Shown: positions 60,979 through 64,000 of the stretch, piece after piece
How the letters are laid out: every line of letters begins with the position of its first letter
How positions within the stretch are numbered: the stretch's first letter is position 1
NCBI GenBank assembly: GCA_019058365.1
Contig: JAHPZE010000002.1
Span: 128,001-192,000, forward strand
Direction of reading: 5' to 3'
Source: Promethearchaeota archaeon
Lineage (GTDB): Archaea > Asgardarchaeota > Lokiarchaeia > Sigyniarchaeales > SOKP01
Length of the DNA: 64,000 nt
Program-made: the position numbers and the translations under genes
The notes under the pieces: model-generated
The model's database searches: none
What the model was told of the DNA's origin: nothing
The model's input: only the letters and a program-made list of their open reading frames with translations

Positions 60979-62112
60979 ATGGATGTTAATAAATTATTAA
61001 CCGAAATAAATTCATGTATAGACTGTAAGGATTGTATGGAAGTATGTGATACTTACAAAGTTACTCATGATGAATTTAAATCACCTAACGGAAGATTAAA
61101 AATAGCTGAAAAAGTTTTTTCGAATAGTCAGATTACAGAAGAAGAACTCATAGGGCTGTATACTTGTACATTATGTGGATTATGTGATTTAACTTGTCAA
61201 CAAGAAATTCAAATATCGGAGATTATTCATTCATCAAAAGTTAGGCTTGTAGAAGAAAATAAAGCACCATTAGAAATACACAATAAAATCATAAAAGGTA
61301 TTATTGAAAAAGACAACGCTGTTGGGGGAAATCCAGAAGATAGATTAAATTGGTTATCTGAAAGTTATAAAACAACAGAATTATTTGAAAAAAAAGACTC
61401 AGATACTCTGTTATTTTTAGGATGCATGTCTTCATTTCGCGTAACAGAAAGTGCTCTTGCGCCCTACTCAATTTTAAAACTTGCTGGTTATGATTTTAAA
61501 ATTTTAGAAGAAGAACCATGTTGTGGAGAATATGTATATTCCGCTGGAAATCTTAATCTTGCTAAGAAGATATTTCAAGAAAATATTGAACTATTTAAAA
61601 GGGTAGGAATAAAAAATTTGATAGTTACATGTGGAGGTTGTTTGTATGCCTTTGATAAAGTATACAGAAAATATTTTAAAGATTTCAATCTAAATGTGAG
61701 ACACATAATTGATGTTATTTATGAGTTGGAAAAAAGCAATAAAATTACATTAAAACCATTGAATAAACTGATTACTTATCATGATCCTTGTCGGGTAGGG
61801 AGAAAATATAAAAGTGGACCTCTATACTCTAAACCCCGAAAACTTTTAAATAAATGTGGTTTAGAAATCAAAGAACTTTCCGAAAACCCAGAAGAATGTC
61901 CTTGTTGTGGAGCGGGTTCCGGAATTAGAGGTGTTGATAGTAGTATTTGTATTAAAATAGGTAAAGATTTCTTTAAGAATGTCGAATCTAGAGAAATAGT
62001 TACATCTTGTCCTTTATGTGTGTTTAATTTTAGATATGTTAACTATAAGAATCAAATGGATAAAGATAGTAAATATATAACGGATTATATTTTAGAGTCA
62101 TTAAAAAAATAG
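60979..62112 (+). CDS. HdrD/GlpC-like Fe-S oxidoreductase (2x[4Fe-4S] + 2 CCG)
   Basis: CIDCKDC...C, CTLCGLC...C, PCCG, YHDPC, CCGAG, CPLC. Confidence 0.9.
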   Translation: MDVNKLLTEINSCIDCKDCMEVCDTYKVTHDEFKSPNGRLKIAEKVFSNSQITEEELIGLYTCTLCGLCDLTCQQEIQISEIIHSSKVRLVEENKAPLEIHNKIIKGIIEKDNAVGGNPEDRLNWLSESYKTTELFEKKDSDTLLFLGCMSSFRVTESALAPYSILKLAGYDFKILEEEPCCGEYVYSAGNLNLAKKIFQENIELFKRVGIKNLIVTCGGCLYAFDKVYRKYFKDFNLNVRHIIDVIYELEKSNKITLKPLNKLITYHDPCRVGRKYKSGPLYSKPRKLLNKCGLEIKELSENPEECPCCGAGSGIRGVDSSICIKIGKDFFKNVESREIVTSCPLCVFNFRYVNYKNQMDKDSKYITDYILESLKK

Positions 62113-62151
62113 AAAATTATTTAATAAACGATAAAAACAATTATAGAAGAC

Positions 62152-62796
62152 TTATTGATAATAAGCAATATCTCGTTTTACTTTAAGGTATTTTTTTATT
62201 GAAGCAATTAAAAACGCTATGAAACCAAAAATTGAAATAATTAATACAATTGTTTCCATATTAGTTGGATATTTATCATCATTAGGAAAAAAATTAAATA
62301 ATCCATATGTTGTGAAATAGTATTCATATCGCTTATAATTATTATCCCATGATACGTTATATTTACCGGGTTGCATAGTCCATATCCTTGTATCAAATAT
62401 CATATTCTTGTACATTAAATATCCAACAATCATATAGTTAAAAGTGTAAGTTTTACCTGAATTTTGATGTGTGAATGTAATGTTACCAACTACATTGTCA
62501 TCTATAACCATTGGAAAATATCCTATAACCATGATGATATATCTATTTGAATACAAATAAGTAGGGGGGATATTTATTACTTGTTCACCAGATACTGGTC
62601 CACCTGCATACCTCCAGATCAATTTTGAACGTACTGAGATGACAAATATTAATTGAGCTATTCCTATAGAAAGTAATAAAATCGCGATCATTATGCCTTT
62701 TTTGAAAGTAACTTCTGGGTCTTTCTTTTTAGGAACTTTCTTTTTGGAATTAGGGTGAATATCATCTCTCCAATCCCATTCTGTTTTGTTTTTCAT
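62152..62796 (-). CDS. Membrane protein with an extracellular beta domain between two TM helices
   Basis: Hydrophobic segments near both ends. Confidence 0.6.
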   Translation of the reverse strand: MKNKTEWDWRDDIHPNSKKKVPKKKDPEVTFKKGIMIAILLLSIGIAQLIFVISVRSKLIWRYAGGPVSGEQVINIPPTYLYSNRYIIMVIGYFPMVIDDNVVGNITFTHQNSGKTYTFNYMIVGYLMYKNMIFDTRIWTMQPGKYNVSWDNNYKRYEYYFTTYGLFNFFPNDDKYPTNMETIVLIISIFGFIAFLIASIKKYLKVKRDIAYYQ

Positions 62797-62899
62797 TTAA
62801 TATTCATTATTATGCTATTTTCATAAAAAAAATAGTTTAATATTCTTTAAGTTTTCTACTTAATTTATAATGCGTTATAATTTCTTGAATTATTAATCT

Positions 62900-63156
62900 T
62901 TAAATCTCTATAATTCTTTTGATAAATTTCCTAATCGATCTTAAGCCGTGTTTTTCAGAGTTAATACATTTCAATCTTAAATTTTTACCATATACTTGTA
63001 ACTAAATCTATTAAAAAATACCCCCAGATACAATTAAAACATATTTATGTTGAAAAAAATCAAAAATATTTTTTATAGTGGTTTCTTATCCACCATTTCT
63101 ATCACCCCCTAATGCTAATGCCTCTCTATTTTAAATTAGAATATTTGAATTTTTGT
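62900..63156 (-). pseudogene. Decayed 3' half of an Isf/flavodoxin paralog
   Basis: Manual translation KNSNIL...EALALGGDRNGG*ETTIKNIFDFFQHKYVLIVSGG...EKHGLRSIRKFIKRIIEI* matches 46070..46666 (AALAVGGDRSGGQEIAIRSILDFYQQNHIISVSGG...EEGLRTIRKVIKRLVEFL), with stops and frameshifts. Confidence 0.8.
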
Positions 63157-63326
63157 TACTTAACACTTCAAGATAATCAAGATATGCTAGTAGAGTGGTT
63201 TTTCACATCCATCCAAAAATGAGGGAAATATGGAAAGGAAATTGAAATGAAAGTTGAAACAAACATAATAAAAATTAACGATAAATAAAAATTACATTAG
63301 ATACTCAAAAAGAAAAAGAAAAAAAA

Positions 63327-64000
63327 TTAACCTCTATAATCTAAAATGACTACAGCGTCAACGAAAAGTTCATATTTCTCGTCTTCATCGAAATCATGGA
63401 TAACAACCTTTTCAATTTCACCTAGTTCCCCGTTGATTTCATTGAGTTCTGATTGTTGCACGACTTTTACATCAGATTGTTTCAATTTTTTTGCAATTTC
63501 CACAGTTCCGGGGATCTCTTTTGCGGAAGTAACTACTATTACTCTCCCTGTATATTCAGTTAATTTGAGGGCTAATTCTAAAGAATCATCACCTGTATCA
63601 ACGATCAACGTTCTCTTCTCCCTTAGTTCTTCGAGATCAGGAACTTCCGTATAGACTCCTTTCCCCTTGAACTCATCAACACCGAGTATTACTCGCACAT
63701 CCAGCTGACATGAAGTAACAACTTCTACTTCTGGTTTTGTTCCCTCACGATAGTTATTTATCGCAGCTTTTAACGCATCTGCGGCTAGATTTGAACAATG
63801 CATTTTGATTGGAGGTAAACCGTCTAATTCCTCCGCTACATCGCTTCGAGTAATTTTATATGCATCATCAAGAGTCATTCCCTTAGCCATCTCAGTTACC
63901 ATTGATGAAGTCGATACTGCAGATCCACAACCAAAAGTTCTGAATTTAATATCATCAATGATATCTTCCCCTTTATCATTTTTCCCTACTTTTATGAATA
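63327..64000 (-). CDS. IscU/NifU-N Fe-S scaffold fused to a degenerate TrxB-type NAD(P)H-binding domain; 5' end outside the window
   Basis: The frame extends to the window edge: ...IDDIKFRTFGCGSAVSTSSMVTEMAKG...LDGLPPIKMHCSNLA (IscU Cys motifs), then ~125 aa of Rossmann-like sequence. Confidence 0.88.
   Translation of the reverse strand, partial: FIKVGKNDKGEDIIDDIKFRTFGCGSAVSTSSMVTEMAKGMTLDDAYKITRSDVAEELDGLPPIKMHCSNLAADALKAAINNYREGTKPEVEVVTSCQLDVRVILGVDEFKGKGVYTEVPDLEELREKRTLIVDTGDDSLELALKLTEYTGRVIVVTSAKEIPGTVEIAKKLKQSDVKVVQQSELNEINGELGEIEKVVIHDFDEDEKYELFVDAVVILDYRG

Noticed and set aside
4185-63654. Many 60-115 aa ORFs antisense to or nested in long genes (e.g. 4185, 5290, 5448, 7582, 7921, 8206, 8969, 11753, 15549, 21021, 27779, 27796, 28215, 29077, 29368, 29766, 30041, 31098, 36119, 36694, 37243, 38644, 39622, 40700, 42027, 42879, 45170, 47142, 48040, 48769, 50245, 55083, 57946, 60065, 63346)
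   Set aside because: They overlap well-supported genes, have shadow-like composition and show no motifs
1-64000. tRNA, rRNA, CRISPR array, transposase or integrase
   Set aside because: No GC-rich structured RNA segment, spaced repeat array or recombinase motif seen by eye

Overview
AT-rich, gene-dense archaeal DNA, most likely from an Asgard archaeon (Lokiarchaeia-like). Support for this: archaeal-type AlaRS, DtdA, AroA', EndoQ and SfsA, GGTGA ribosome-binding sites, and eukaryotic-signature genes (an E1 with a Uba2/Uba3-type catalytic motif, three beta-grasp Ubl paralogs, an Arf/Rag-like small GTPase, a longin-like domain). Main blocks: (1) 1-4.7 kb, a ubiquitin-like locus (E1, two Ubls ending in -AG, a membrane-anchored non-conjugatable Ubl, a coiled-coil protein). 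(2) 4.7-12.8 kb, housekeeping genes (NTase, EndoQ, ftsZ, alaS). (3) 13-18.8 kb, an SCP2-fused glycyl radical enzyme with its activase and an aldehyde:ferredoxin oxidoreductase. (4) 19-32 kb, mixed metabolism, three Cys-tailed Lrp regulators and an sfsA duplication remnant. (5) 32.3-36.5 kb, ArsR + small GTPase + MASE3/PAS histidine kinase + a response regulator whose output domain resembles a NPRL2/FLCN/SMCR8-type longin with an Arg at the arginine-finger position; this is the best candidate for an undescribed system. (6) 36.6-64 kb, a large redox/oxidative-stress island (TrxB, 2 PDO, FTR/Grx, Isf, atypical CooS, NROR, 2 rubredoxins, FprA, Dfx, Rbr, CoADR-rhodanese, CCG proteins, an IscU fusion). 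I saw no rRNA, tRNA, CRISPR array or transposase. All family assignments come from motif recognition by eye, not database searches.
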